A stretch of 63,489 nucleotides of DNA, the filler included, from Octopus bimaculoides (taxonomy: Eukaryota): the NCBI RefSeq assembly GCF_001194135.2. It is 4 parts of 3 records of this genome, joined end to end, with 100 filler letters (N's around TTAATTAATTAA, not from the genome) between each part and the next. Parts side by side here need not be neighbours in the genome. Positions count along the whole stretch, not along the records: positions 1 to 21,633 come from NC_068985.1; 3 more parts are not named here. One strand, written 5' to 3'. Numbering within the stretch: position 1 is the first letter of the stretch; the number at the start of each line of letters is the position of its first letter. The notes beneath the pieces were generated by a model that searched no databases, was not told the DNA's origin, and saw only the letters and a list, made by a program, of their open reading frames with translations. This document shows positions 1 through 13,266 of the stretch, one piece after another. A program made the position numbers and the translations under genes.

Positions 1-554
1 TGTGTGTGTGTGTGTGTGTGTGTGTAAAAGTGGAGAGGGGAACAAGAACAGTCATGCAACAAGAGGAAAATGGGAAAGATGAGGAACACAAAAAACCGAA
101 TGGATCGTTTGTGTGGAAGAGGGAAAAAAATTATGCAGAATTTTGGTTTTCAAGGCCACATGTTTAAAGGCAACTGGTGTATCAGGAGATACATTATAGT
201 TCAGAAGAATTAGATTAACAGATTTTGACATGGCGCAGGTGATACGCAGCATAAGGAAGAGGTCAGACAGACACAAGGGAAGATAAATTGATGGGAAAAT
301 ACGAGCAGGAAAGATAGAGAGAAAGAGAGCTAGAGATCTAATCCTCTTATCTAGTGTGTTGGTATGTTGGTATGTTGGTATATCGTTTTCTGCAATATTC
401 TGTAATTTATCAAAAACGTAACCCGGAGGCATGTTTTGTGTATCGAAACATTCACAAGACAGGTGAAGACAGAAACGTGGGGAGATAAGCGAGAGAGAAT
501 GCATATTGATGAGCAAAAGAAATGAATGGGAAAGCGCGGGCGAGTTACAGAGTG

Positions 555-589
<35 letters not shown>

Positions 590-1570
590 TGTATGTATGC
601 ATGCATGAATGTATGTACGTGTATATATATGAATCTATGTATGTCTGTGTATGCTGTATATGCGTGGTATGTGTATGTATATATATATCATTATTAATAA
701 ATCTCAGGGTAGCAAAAAAATTTAGAAATTCTATTTGCTATTTCTTGGTCTAGCGAGAAGAGAAAAAAACTAGTGAATAGACTATATATTATTCATATAA
801 ATACATACAGTGTACATTTAAACACATGAGAGATGTCCATAATAGGACATCCTATTATGGACATCTCTCATGTGTTTAAATGTACACTGTATGTATTTAT
901 ATATATATATATATAATTATATAGATATAATAATANNNNNNNNNNNNNNNNNNNNNNNNNNNNNNNNNNNNNNNNNNNNNNNNNNNNNNNNNNNNNNNNN
1001 NNNNNNNNNNNNNNNNNNNNNNNNNNNNNNNNNNNNNNNNNNNNNNNNNNNNNNNNNNNNNNNNNNNNNNNNNNNNNNNNNNNNNNNNNNNNNNNNNNNN
1101 NNNNNNNNNNNNNNNNNNNNNNNNNNNNNNNNNNNNNNNNNNNNNNNNNNNNNNNNNNNNNNNNNNNNNNNNNNNNNNNNNNNNNNNNNNNNNNNNNNNN
1201 NNNNNNNNNNNNNNNNNNNNNNNNNNNNNNNNNNNNNNNNNNNNNNNNNNNNNNNNNNNNNNNNNNNNNNNNNNNNNNNNNNNNNNNNNNNNNNNNNNNN
1301 NNNNNNNNNNNNNNNNNNNNNNNNNNNNNNNNNNNNNNNNNNNNNNNNNNNNNNNNNNNNNNNNNNNNNNNNNNNNNNNNNNNNNNNNNNNNNNNNNNNN
1401 NNNNNNNNNNNNNNNNNNNNNNNNNNNNNNNNNNNNNNNNNNNNNNNNNNNNNNNNNNNNNNNNNNNNNNNNNNNNNNNNNNNNNNNNNNNNNNNNNNNN
1501 NNNNNNNNNNNNNNNNNNNATACACACACATATACATACATACATGCATACATACATACCTACATACATA

Positions 1571-1930
1571 CATATAAGGAAACTGGAGAGTTTGAACACA
1601 GAAGGAAATCAATTTATTTATATAATAAGCAATTTCATATCGCCTACGTATGTTTCAATTTTTTACCTTCATTCATATTTTGCAATTAAGATTGCATTAT
1701 GCATTTAAAAGATAAAAGGTCTGTAAGCTATTCTCCATCCAGTAGGATGTGAACGAATGTTTGTCAATTTTTGCCCTGAAGAGATTTTTACCTTTTAAAT
1801 GCATAATGCAATTTCAATTGCAAAATATGAATGAAGGTAAGAAATTGAAAAGTACATAGGTGACATGAAATTGACTATTATATAAAATATTGATTTCTTT
1901 CTGTTTAAACTCACCATTTTCATTATATTA
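1571..1930. repeat. Fold-back repeat with ~145-bp imperfect inverted arms
   Basis: 1571-1716 is approximately the reverse complement of 1785-1930. The right arm plus downstream sequence recurs at ~26740-27070. Confidence 0.75.
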
Positions 1931-3529
1931 AATTATTAAAATTCTGTTCTCCTATATCGAATGGATGAAAACATCTATAATGACTACTGTAACTTCATAA
2001 GTGTTAACTCTAATATTAGCACAAATTAATGAAATCTAAAGTCTATTAATTAATATGGAGCTAAACTTTTGTACGCTTGGATAAAATACATCGCAGCGAA
2101 AGAGCAACCTTTTTCCATTTAAAACTTCATATACACACACACGCGCATACAGAAAGAGAGAGGTGGGGAAGAAAAAAATGAAAAGATATAGACTTGAGCA
2201 ATGGGCATGTTATGAGAATGCGAGGGATGCGAAGAGAGAAAGAGATGTACTATAGAAAAGAGACAGAAAAAAGTGAAAAGTAAAACAATAAGAACAAGCT
2301 CAGTTCAACCAGCATTACAACATCGGCAACAATACCGGAGATGTCGACGTGATGCTGCAAAACAAACAACAATAATAGCAACAGAACTGTTGCATCAACT
2401 TTGATAAAATGTTGTTCTTCAGGAATCAACTGAAAGACAGAAAAAGTGGAAAGGAAGGAGGAAGAAATAAGAAGAGTTGGGAAGGGATTTCTATCTCACC
2501 TGTTTTAGGGTAACTGTGGTTGCTAGTAAAACAATGCCTTACGGGTATATATATATATATCTCCCTTATTATCTTTACCTATTTATTAAGGTGTTTTTTT
2601 TAAAAAGAGGGATTAATATAAAGTGGATGTGAGAAGAGATAACACGCACATACACTTGCCTACGCATATGCAGTGACTTTTACATACTTACGAACTCAAA
2701 CTCAACCACACATAAACATGCACATATACACACACGCACTACTGACACATACCTATATACATAATTATATGCACAAATACACATACATACATATGTATAC
2801 ATGCATGCGTACATACATATATATATACATATATATACATATATATATANNNNNNNNNNNNNNNNNNNNNNNNNNNNNNNNNNNNNNNNNNNNNNNNNNN
2901 NNNNNNNNNNNNNNNNNNNNNNNNNNNNNNNNNNNNNNNNNNNNNNNNNNNNNNNNNNNNNNNNNNNNNNNNNNNNNNNNNNNNNNNNNNNNTATATGTA
3001 CATACATACATGCTTACATACTTTGGGGGTCTTCTCGGTAGATTCCGATAGTTTTTAAATTATGACGACACCGGCGTACAAAGTAAGTAACGCTTTTATA
3101 CGAGTCACACTATCACCTGCTTATGAAGGCGTGGTGTTTTATATTCATATATAATTTTACATGCAAAGGTCCACGAAAAAAATGAGTACATGCCTAAGGA
3201 AATAGTATATGAAGTATATTGGTTTGACATGTTTGTTTTAAATTCATTTTGTGATGATAGTTCAGCTGAGAAATGAGGTCCATACAAACTCCCTCACCCG
3301 CCTCACACCACTTTTTTTTTTACCTTCCTCAAATGTGTTTCATGTATGGAATCCTACCAGAGCAGAAATCCAACCAGTTCAAGGAAGATATCATTGGGGA
3401 AATTGCTGTTCAGATGACAGGTTCTACGAAGTGCTAATACAAATCTACTCAAAAATAGGATAATCTTAATAATGTAGTGCAAAAGAGTAATCCAGTTAGT
3501 CTTTCCTACTCATTAATAAACAAGATCCC

Positions 3530-3960
3530 TAAGCTGATGCAGCCGGTCACTGGGGAGCCGCTCTAGAAACTTCCATAGTCAACCGTCGTCACTGGTGTCT
3601 GTTCTCTGTCATGCGTAGTAGGTTCACTGAGTTGTGATTCGTCCAGTCCTTGATGATGTTGCCAAACCAGGATTTTCTCTATGTGCCTCTCTTTTACCCT
3701 CCCTCAACTGTATTCTGAAGAATTGTTTTGGACAGGGAATTGTGGCAGGATACATGACCGTAACCAAGCAAGCTTTTCATATTTTTACCTGCGCAAGAAT
3801 TACTTCCTCTCTGTCAGCATATTTGTTGAGTTGTTACCTGCTACAATTTTGCTTATCCATAAAATGTATCAGTCATCCTTTTGAGTGAATTCTTTGCCCG
3901 GTTCCTCTCTCTCTGTTCCATAATTTAAACTTTACTGATTTACTACGTTCAAACTCAAGA
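3530..3960 (-). mobile_element. Decayed 3' end of an RTE-type LINE
   Basis: Minus-strand frames with stops and shifts read ...LAQVK..KLAW/YGHVSCHNSLSKTILQNTVEGG*KRGT*RKSWFGNIIKDWT..., typical of the RTE ORF C-terminus. Confidence 0.7.
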
Positions 3961-4520
3961 ATCCCATCAGATATTTTTTCTCTATTTTCTTATGCTAGCC
4001 TATCCATTCTGTTATCATAGATGATGTTATAACCCCTCCTTTTCTAAGTGTCAATATGGTAAACAAAGTATAGCTTATTTCTTTCCCCTTCACATGACCC
4101 ACTCTCTCAGACATTTTGCTGTTGGGATTCTTGCATCTAAAGATGCCAGCTAGAGAAACGATTGCTACTCATAACCTTTTGTTTTAGACAAGGAGTACAC
4201 TCTATTTTCAATGTTTTTTATTTCTATTAAATGTCCAACACCAAATTGATGCGACAAGGTTTACGCCACTACAAATAGAACTGACTGATGTATCACATCG
4301 TACTAAGTTACTTAATGACAATGATCAAACAAGCCAGAATAGAGCTACTCACTCATCTTCGACCTGATCCAACAACCAATACCAGCCAGTGGGGGATTCA
4401 CAATATGGTTTGTATTATTCATCCTTCGGATCGCTGAATACAAAGCATGTCTAACGAGACCTCTGTTCGAGTGATTTTCCTGGGTCACCATCTTACCTTT
4501 GTTCTACAATCTGTGAAAAG

Positions 4521-4660
4521 GTTACCCATTAACAGCTGCTTAGACTTAACAATGTGAAACGAAGTGATTTGCTCATCAACACAATACACAGCCAGTCTGG
4601 GAATCGAAATCATGACATCGCGGTCGTGAGTGTTATTCCCTAACCACTAGGCCACACGCC
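4521..4660 (-). mobile_element. tRNA-derived SINE
   Basis: Head GGCGTGTGGCCTAGTGGTTAGGG...TTTCGATTCCC carries A/B-box-like motifs. Confidence 0.7.
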
Positions 4661-5583
4661 ATTTCGAACAGATTTATAGCTGACCAATACTTTGTTTAGT
4701 TAGTTACTCGATCAGTTTCGCATAATACCTGCAATCTAGTGTACCCGACAATCAAATTTGAGAACAGTTTTTAAACATTTTCCATTAGCCCCAGAGAACC
4801 ACCCCGTCTGCACCACCCTATAATCAGTTTTAATGAAACCTATTGATAATGTAGTTCTATGCTTGCTCTTTTAGTTAACAGATTACCAAGTTTATCAGCA
4901 AAATGGTAATTTTTATGTATGAGTATGTATGTATTAATCTATGTGAGTAATTGTGTTGGAGAAAAATGAAGAGATAAAGGAAATGACAGAGAGAGAGAGA
5001 GAAAAAAAACAGAGAGAAACGGAGATGAAATAAGCGATTCAAGCACTGAGAAACAACATATTAAAGAGCGCTATTTAAAGTGTTACCTTAGACGGAGTTA
5101 TATACATTATTTTCTTATTTTTGCTTGGTCGTTCAACAGCCCTAAATTGCAAAATTCTAAGCCAGGTCATGCACGACAACCTCAAATGCGTGCCAAGATT
5201 AGCGGGGCCAAGATTAGCGGGGCCAAGATTAGCGGGGCCAAGATATTATCTATGTCTGCTCGCGGATACACAGCGAGCAAACGCAAGGGGCGAAAGCATG
5301 GTACAAACTACCAGGCTATACTCACCTGCGCATGGTGAGTAATGTTGTCACATTAAGTGAACTTCACCTTACTAATAATTTATTTACATTGCTCGTTAGG
5401 ACATATTTTCACTGTCATTCTCGATGCTTATGAGTAGTATTGAAAAACCAGATATCTTACTCTAGCTTGTTTCTGTACGACTTGACTTTGTAAATGGGAG
5501 TCATTTTGGTGTTTATTATTGATTATTGATATTAAATTTTAGTACGGGCATTGCTGATAGCCATTGATTTTAACATCTAGAAG

Positions 5584-6150
5584 ATAATTTGTCAGTGTTG
5601 ATCATACTCCAACACAGAGACACACACTAAAATTTATGTCGGATCTAGTGAATCCAAATTTAAAATTCGCCTGAAAAACTACAGATCTTTTTTCAGGGTC
5701 CCGGAGAGACGCAATACAACGACACTCGCAGCATACGGATGGCGCCTAAAAGATAATCATACGCCATTTAATATCAGGTGGAAATTACTAGAAACTTGTG
5801 GACCCTATTGCAATGGAACAATACTATGTAAATTGTGCATGGCAGAAAAATATATAATCCTCATGAACTCACATGAGCCAGGAGGCTACCTGGACTCCAG
5901 GACGGAAGCCGTGGGGAGTTGTCCACATTATCGGGAATTTTTACTTCAAAATTGGAAAACCTAGATATCAAGCAAAGGAAGACAACTCACCCGGTATAAT
6001 TTTTTGCGGGGAATATTTCTTCAACTATCACCGACGTTCTTGTGGTTTTTGAAAAATAAAACACTTTGCAGAGGCAACGGCTATCGTTTAGAGAAACTGA
6101 AGATGTATCTAGTTCACGCTAGATATGAAACCAATCGTTTTTCTCTAAAA
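5584..6150 (+). mobile_element. 5'-truncated Penelope-like retroelement: GIY-YIG endonuclease C-terminus plus 3' tail
   Basis: Frame 5584-5964 reads IICQC*SYSNTETHTKIYVGSSESKFKIRLKNYRSFF...IRWKLLETCGPYCNGTILCKLCMAEKYIILM...LDSRTEAVGSCPHYREFLLQNWKT* (GIY/YIG remnants, CxxC...CxH tail). A hammerhead follows. Confidence 0.8.
6090..6146 (+). ncRNA. Minimal type-I hammerhead ribozyme motif
   Basis: Stem I agagaaa/tttctct; core CTGAAGA; stem II (g)tatctag/ctagata(t); GAAA; short stem III AC..GT; cleavage triplet GTT. Confidence 0.75.
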
Positions 6151-6180
6151 CTGTTACTTTACACATACATATATATATAT

Positions 6181-6245
<65 letters not shown>

Positions 6246-6729
6246 NNNNNNNNNNNNNNNNNNNNNNNNNNNNNNNNNNNNNNNNNNNNNNNNNNNNNNN
6301 NNNNNNNNNNNNNNNNNNNNNNNNNNNNNNNNNNNNNNNNNNNNNNNNNNNNNNNNNNNNNNNNNNNNNNNNNNNNNNNNNNNNNNNNNNNNNNNNNNNN
6401 NNNNNNNNNNNNNNNNNNNNNNNNNNNNNNNNNNNNNNNNNNNNNNNNNNNNNNNNNNNNNNNNNNNNNNNNNNNNNNNNNNNNNNNNNNNNNNNNNNNN
6501 NNNNNNNNNNNNNNNNNNNNNNNNNNNNNNNNNNNNNNNNNNNNNNNNNNNNNNNNNNNNNNNNNNNNNNNNNNNNNNNNNNNNNNNNNNNNNNNNNNNN
6601 NNNNNNNNNNNNNNNNNNNNNNNNNNNNNNNNNNNNNNNNNNNNNNNNNNNNNNNNNNNNNNNNNNNNNNNNNNNNNNNNNNNNNNNNNNNNNNNNNNNN
6701 NNNNNNNNNNNNNNNNNTTTTTAAAAATA

Positions 6730-6769
<40 letters not shown>

Positions 6770-6923
6770 CCTTTATCTTTCGCTTGGTTCAGTCAGGAGA
6801 CTACGAACATTCTGGGCCACTGCCTCGAAGAATCTTAGGCGAATGAATTGACCGCCAAGCAGTGGTGGTGGACAAACACACACACGCACACACACACGCA
6901 CACACACACATATACACACACAC

Positions 6924-6961
<38 letters not shown>

Positions 6962-7016
6962 ATAGAGAGAGAGATACATTTATATATATACATATATACA
7001 CACACACACACACACA

Positions 7017-7054
<38 letters not shown>

Positions 7055-7123
7055 TACATGTATATATATACATATATGCACATACATATATACATATATA
7101 TATATACACATACATACCCATAA

Positions 7124-7178
<55 letters not shown>

Positions 7179-7932
7179 AATATATATATATATACATACA
7201 TGTGTACGTATTTGTATATACATGTGTAGGTATTTATATGTATATTTATGCATACATATTTTTAAAAGCGCCATCTACGATAGACAAAAAGGGTACAGAA
7301 CAATTCCTGCCACGGGAACATATTATCTATTTATATTGCTTTATTGCAGTTCGCAATACTAATTATACCAAAATAGCTCCTATAACATCGTTCTCTTAAA
7401 TTAGCACACACAAACCATTTACTGAATAAACTTATAGCATTGCCTCCCATCAATATCAGTGAACGATAATAGAAAACTTCGTTGCCACTGAACTACTAAA
7501 GGACGACCTTCCTCACAATTCTGTAATACAATTCGCTATAATTTCGAAATATACAACAAATTTCTAATATACAACAAATACATACATACATACATACATA
7601 CATGCATACATACATAGAGATAGTGTGTTAGTTTATTTACATATTTATGCATGCATGCATTTATGCATTTATTTCTGTCACTCACTTTTATCGTTCTACG
7701 CGTGTGTGTATAAATATGCATACACACACACACACACACACACACTCACACAAACACACACATACACACACANNNNNNNNNNATATACATATATATATAT
7801 ACATACATATGTGTGTGTGTGTGTGTGAATGTATATATGTTTATGTGAGTATATATGACAGAGAGATTTACTGTCATTTAACTGACAATAAAAATGTTAC
7901 ATAATGCAGACACAAACAAAATATGTACTTAC

Positions 7933-8027
7933 TGCGCATGTGCAGTTTGGCTTAGAAGACAGAGAAGAATCAAAGCCGACCATCCGAAAATAGTCTTCAT
8001 TCCAGTTTGCAAAAAAGTCACTTCCAT
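7933..8027 (-). CDS. First coding exon (signal peptide) of a second secreted-protein gene
   Basis: ATG at 8027 or 8000: (MEVTFLQTG)MKTIFGWSALILLCLLSQTAHA-Q has a basic N-terminus, hydrophobic core and A-H-A cleavage motif. It ends at a consensus donor CA|gtaagt (phase 2). Downstream exons not identified. Confidence 0.72.
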
Positions 8028-8727
8028 ATTTTTAAAAAGTGGGGGAAATATCCGGGCTTTGAGTCCCAGTGGAGGAAAGACCTCCACTTATTCAATAACA
8101 ATCACAGCACCAAAGACAATAGCAAACAGCTGCATCAACAAGAACAATAACAAGAAGAAGATATAATTGAATGCTGCACACGGATATCTGCAGCCGTAGC
8201 AGAAGGTAAAAATACGAAACTGCGAACAGAGGTGTCACTGTATTGGTGACTGTCTCTGTATGTCTGAAGTAAACGGATTAAGATGAGGGAATAGTTCTAA
8301 AGTGCGGTCATCGGCTTAACTTATACAGTCTGGCAAGAACAATAGGGACCTCTTTGCTTTCAGGTATACCGAGCCGACATTAGCCTCAGGACAAAGTCAC
8401 TCAACACGAAAATACGCCTCTTTTTTTACATTTGTTTCGTTGTATTTTGTTCTTAAAATAATTACTATTTATCATATCAAAATAAGTATTTAAAACCCAT
8501 GTTCCTGTAGTTGTGGTTTTTGTTGCTGCATTTTAAATCCATGTTATTGTTGTTTATAAACACATTTTTACTGTTATTATCGCTGTTGCTACTAATTATT
8601 AATATTGCCGTCGTAGGCATCTTCTTAACCGGTGGGGAGAGGGATCTGTCTGTCTCTCTCTTTTATTCTTTTTTGAAGAGGTTTTTCAGGAGAGAGGGAC
8701 ATGGAACATACATATAAATATGTTTCT

Positions 8728-8763
<36 letters not shown>

Positions 8764-8778
8764 CATACGTATACACAC

Positions 8779-8832
<54 letters not shown>

Positions 8833-8904
8833 GTCAAAGCCTTGTGAGTGGATTTCGTAGAGGGAAACTGAAAGAAGCCCGTCGATTATGTGTGTGTGTG
8901 TGTG

Positions 8905-9110
8905 TCTGTGTTTGTCCTTACCACCACCACCAATCTTGGTATGTTCACGTCACCGTAATTTAGTGGTTCAGCAAAGCACACCGACTGAATAAGTACTAGG
9001 CTTACGAAAGTATGTACTGGGGTCTATTCGTTCGACTGAAAATTTCTTCAAAGTGGTGCTCCAGTATGGCCGCAATCTGATGACTGAGACAAGTAAAAGA
9101 TAGAAGATAG
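8905..9110 (+). mobile_element. Dispersed SINE-like repeat family (tgtttgtcc...aataagtactaggctt...ggtgctccagcatggccgca)
   Basis: Related copies by eye at ~6770-6880(-), 12500-12700(+), 20930-21130(-), 21440-21560(-), 54900-55060(+), 60270-60470(-), 61835-61945(+). Confidence 0.75.
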
Positions 9111-10409
9111 ATTCTAAAACCTCAGTGCCAGACATCTGGTAGTGACATAACAGCTGAATCTCCCTGAATTAGACACTGAAGTTCTAACTATTCTTCGTTG
9201 ATAGTGTTATTCGACTGTTATGTCGCTACCAGACGTCTGCCACTGAGGAGCCCACGCAGGGCGAAATCACGTGATTTGGCAGTTTCCGCGGGTGTAGCAG
9301 ACGTTTCTCGTCTCTCAACAATATTTATACGCGTGCTCTTATGTGCCACGTGTCCATATGAGAAGTTCACTCAAGATAAATAACGCAGTATTGTGTGTTC
9401 TAACACAACGTCCACGTTGGATATAAAGATTGCCTGCCTACAAGATTACAAATTTTGAGGAGAGGGTGTTAGTTGATGACATCAACTCCATTACTTGCAT
9501 ATAGTTTATTTTATAGAACGTCGAAAGGATAAAATGACATAGGTGACCTTTGCAGGTTTTGAACTCCCCCACTACCATCTGAGGATATAACAATTCTCCC
9601 AAATCATTGTCCTCCATGAAGCTAATTACTCCATCCTATTATTAGCACAAGGTCTGAAATTAGTGGGAAGGGCGCTAATCGATTACAGTGATCCCATCCC
9701 CCACACCGCCACATTGTGCTTAACTGGTGTTTAGTTTATCGATCCCCGTGAGGATGAAAATCAAACTCGACCTCAGCAGAATTTGAACTCAGAAAGTAAA
9801 TCCAGATGAAATACCACGAAGAATGTTGTCCAACGCGTTAGAATCCCTGCCCGCGCGCCGCTTTTTGAAAAGAGGTAAGAAGTAATGAATAAAAATGAAT
9901 GAGAAAATATAGAAGGAATGAGGATTTAAAAAGTATATCAATAAATGCATGAAACAGCCAAACCCTAACTGGATAAATAGAGACTAGGTAGAATATAAAC
10001 AGTAATTATTGGTTTTTAATATGAGCAATAATTATTAACAACAAAGAGGGAATTAATCTGGTTAGTTTATTCTACATACCGAAATTCAATTATTCCTCCC
10101 CGGAAGTACGTTGAATTGCCCCGAGCTGAAGCATAAACATTTGTTCTGGTTTCGTGTGAAGTCACTAAACAAGACCGAATGTTGACAGTTTGTTGATACA
10201 TTTGAGTGAAATCTGGATGAAAGTAAATCTGTATATGTCAAGTATTTAGAGAACAACACAGTATGTGGTCTCTGTCTAAAGAAGATCAGTTGAGAAGTTG
10301 GGAGAGACAAGCATTGCATTATAATGTCGCCCTCTCAAGAATAAAAGAAAAAGTCGACTTCGCGGAATTTGAACGCTTTATTTTGTGAACGTAAAGAGAC
10401 ATAGCAAGA

Positions 10410-10755
10410 CTGTAAAATTATTTCTCTCGTTTAATTGAGGTTTTTCCCTCTTTCTCAAAGACTGCCATTACTTTCGAGATACATCAAACATTTTGGCTGT
10501 TTTCGTTACGCTAGTGCCTGCCATACGAGCACCAACAATTTGACCTCTTTGAAAGTCCGATAGATCAGTCATTTTAATGAATTTTAATTACCTTTTTCTG
10601 ATGATGTCTGAAAAGAGACAGCAATTTTAGCAAAACATTAAGCAGCCCCAATAGTAAATCAAAATAAAAAAAATCCAGGTTTTGACGGTTTTATAGATAT
10701 TTCAAAATTATGACGCTATGATGCTAGGTGTTTCCATTATTTTGTCCAGCCCCTG
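10410..10755 (-). mobile_element. Tc1-family DNA transposon 5' fragment
   Basis: TA|CAGGGGCTGGACAAAATAATGGAAACACC terminal repeat. ATG at 10572 gives [45 protein letters not shown] (paired-type HTH of a Tc1 transposase). Confidence 0.82.
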
Positions 10756-11184
10756 TATATGCATTTGTAAAGGACCTATTTTAAATGCTGCTAATCGTGT
10801 CAATGGGATGTTGAAAATGGTTAGCAAAAGAAAGGAAACGATAGTATTAAAAAAAGTCTAGCATGCACTTAGCTAAAGTGGGTAAACATACAAAGCAAAT
10901 TCTAATGTAACAATTAGTAATTATAGATGACAGAATTAGATTTCTTTCCAGTGGTTTCATTTGTCGCATCAGTTGATAGCTTCTAAATTCTCGTCGAGTC
11001 GTATCTATATTTTACTCTTACATTTCGAAGTTTTGATCTAATTACAAATTCAAGGTTCTTTTAGTCTATTCGATTCAATTTTGATTGGCTTAAAATACCA
11101 ATTTCATCAATTTCAAATAAAAAAAAATGAAAGTATACGTTAAGCTTGAATTGAAAATTCTCCATTATTATTTTGATAGAGAAG

Positions 11185-11360
11185 ACGGCGAGCTGGCAGA
11201 AACGTTAGCAAGCCGGGCGAACGTCTGCTGCTACGTTCTGAGTTCAAATTCCGCCGAAGTTGACTTTGCCTTTCATCCATTCGGGATCAATAAATTAAGT
11301 ACCAGTTAACTACTGTGGTCGTTGTAATCGACTGTCCTCCTCCCCACAAATTCCAGACTA
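11185..11360 (+). mobile_element. SINE family ggcggcgagctggcagaaacgttagc...gagttcaaattccgccgaggtcgactttgcc
   Basis: Related copies at ~9480-9860(-), 11600-11805(-), 14410-14615(+), 19891-20030(+), 56718-56895(+), 62570-62745(-). B-box-like GAGTTCAAAT. Confidence 0.78.
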
Positions 11361-12430
11361 CAGATCCAAGCCATCACTGAAGCTATAAAGATTTGTAACA
11401 CTTTCGAGAAATTTATCATTGAAGTATGTGTAGATATGCAAGTATATGTTTGAGAAGAAATAAATAAAACAAAGCATACAAAAATATCGCGTTGATGTTG
11501 TTGAAATTATAATGAAGAAGCTTTGGGTCTAGGTTAGAAACCGGCTTTTTCTCTATTGCTAAGAAATCTTGAAATAAAACTGAACAATCGTTTCTACTAC
11601 AGACACAAGGCCTGAAATTTGTGGAGAGCGGGTAAGCGATTTCATCGACCCCGGTGTTTCACTGGTGCTTAATTTATCGACCCCGAAGAGGATGAAAGGC
11701 AAATTCGACCTCGGCGGAACTCGAGCTCAGAACGTAGCGGCAGATGAAATACTACTAAGCATTTCGCCCGACGTGCTAACGATTCTGTCAAACTCGCCGC
11801 CTTAATAAAACTGAATATATGACATACATACATACATACATACATACATACATCCATAAAACAAACATACAAATCTGCGCATACACTAACACCAAATACT
11901 GCACACACACACACACACACATATGCACAAATATCTAGATGATGTTGATAAAAGTTCCAATGAAGGAGCCTTGAATCTATGTTAGAGTCCGGCTCTTTCT
12001 CTATGGACAAGAAATACAGAAATGAAACTGATTGATAACATACATACATACNNNNNNNNNNNNNNNNNNNNNNNNNNNNNNNNNNNNNNNNNNNNNNNNN
12101 NNNNNNNNNNNNNNNNNNNNNNNNNNNNNNNNNNNNNNNNNNNNNNNNNNNNNNNNNNNNNNNNNNNNNNNNNNNNNNNNNNNNNNNNNNNNNNNNNNNN
12201 NNNNNNNNNNNNNNNNNNNNNNNNNNNNNNNNNNNNNNNNNNNNNNNNNNNNNNNNNNNNNNNNNNNNNNNNNNNNNNNNNNNNNNNNNNNNNNNNNNNN
12301 NNNNNNNNNNNNNNNNNNNNNNNNNNNNNNNNNNNNNNNNNNNNNNNNNNNNNNNNNNNNNNNNNNNNNNNNNNNNNNNNNNNNNNNNNNNNNNNNNNNN
12401 NNNNNNNNNNNNNNNNNNNNNNNNNNNNNN

Positions 12431-12482
<52 letters not shown>

Positions 12483-12712
12483 TGAATGTCTTCGTGTCTG
12501 TGTTTGTCCTACACCACCACTTGAGAACTAGTGTTGGTGTGTTTACGTCGGCCTAATTTAGAGGTTTGGCAAAAATGACCAACAGAACAAGTAACAGGCT
12601 TAAAAATAAAAAGTACTAGGGTCGATTCACTCAACTCGAATTCTTCAAGGCAGTGCTCCAGTATGGCTGTAGTGTAGGGAGTGAATCACGTAAAAAATAG
12701 ACCGACTGTCAA

Positions 12713-12783
<71 letters not shown>

Positions 12784-13098
12784 TAACGGGCATTAACTGT
12801 GTAGTAATGCCTCACGCTTCGAGGGACTAAATAAGTCGTGGTATGTTGATTCTTGTTTATTTTTATGTATTTCGACCATACGTGTACTGATGAACAAAAG
12901 AATGCAGGTTACTTCACAGTTTTTTTCTGTATTGATTGAGAAACCAGTGGTTTACCGTTAAGTTAAATGTTTTTAAGAGATTAATTTTGAAAGCTGCATT
13001 CCCTCGCTTTCGGTAAATATGTTGCTTATTTTTTGGTAGTTTTTGACTTATTTAGTCCCTCGAAGCGTGAGGCATTACTACACAGTTAATGCCCTTTA
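12784..13098. mobile_element. MITE with 50-bp perfect terminal inverted repeats
   Basis: 12788-12837 (gggcattaactgtgtagtaatgcctcacgcttcgagggactaaataagtc) is the exact reverse complement of 13045-13094; TA-rich flanks. Confidence 0.85.
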
Positions 13099-13210
13099 TA
13101 TAAATTATATATATTTATGGAAAAAAATGATGAATTTTTTTTCATTATGAGGTTTTTTTCACGCTGACTACTTGATAAATTCTTATAAAGATTTTATCCT
13201 ATATTATATT

Positions 13211-13266
<56 letters not shown>

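Noticed and set aside
795-902. Perfect ~53-bp-arm palindrome
   Set aside because: Zero mismatches and immediately next to a gap or contig end; most likely an assembly or library fold-back artefact unless long reads confirm it.
4496-4510. 14-nt micro-exon with strong splice sites (ttttcacag|...AAG|gtaag)
   Set aside because: Gives a stop in the phase required by the 7933 donor and abuts a SINE tail.
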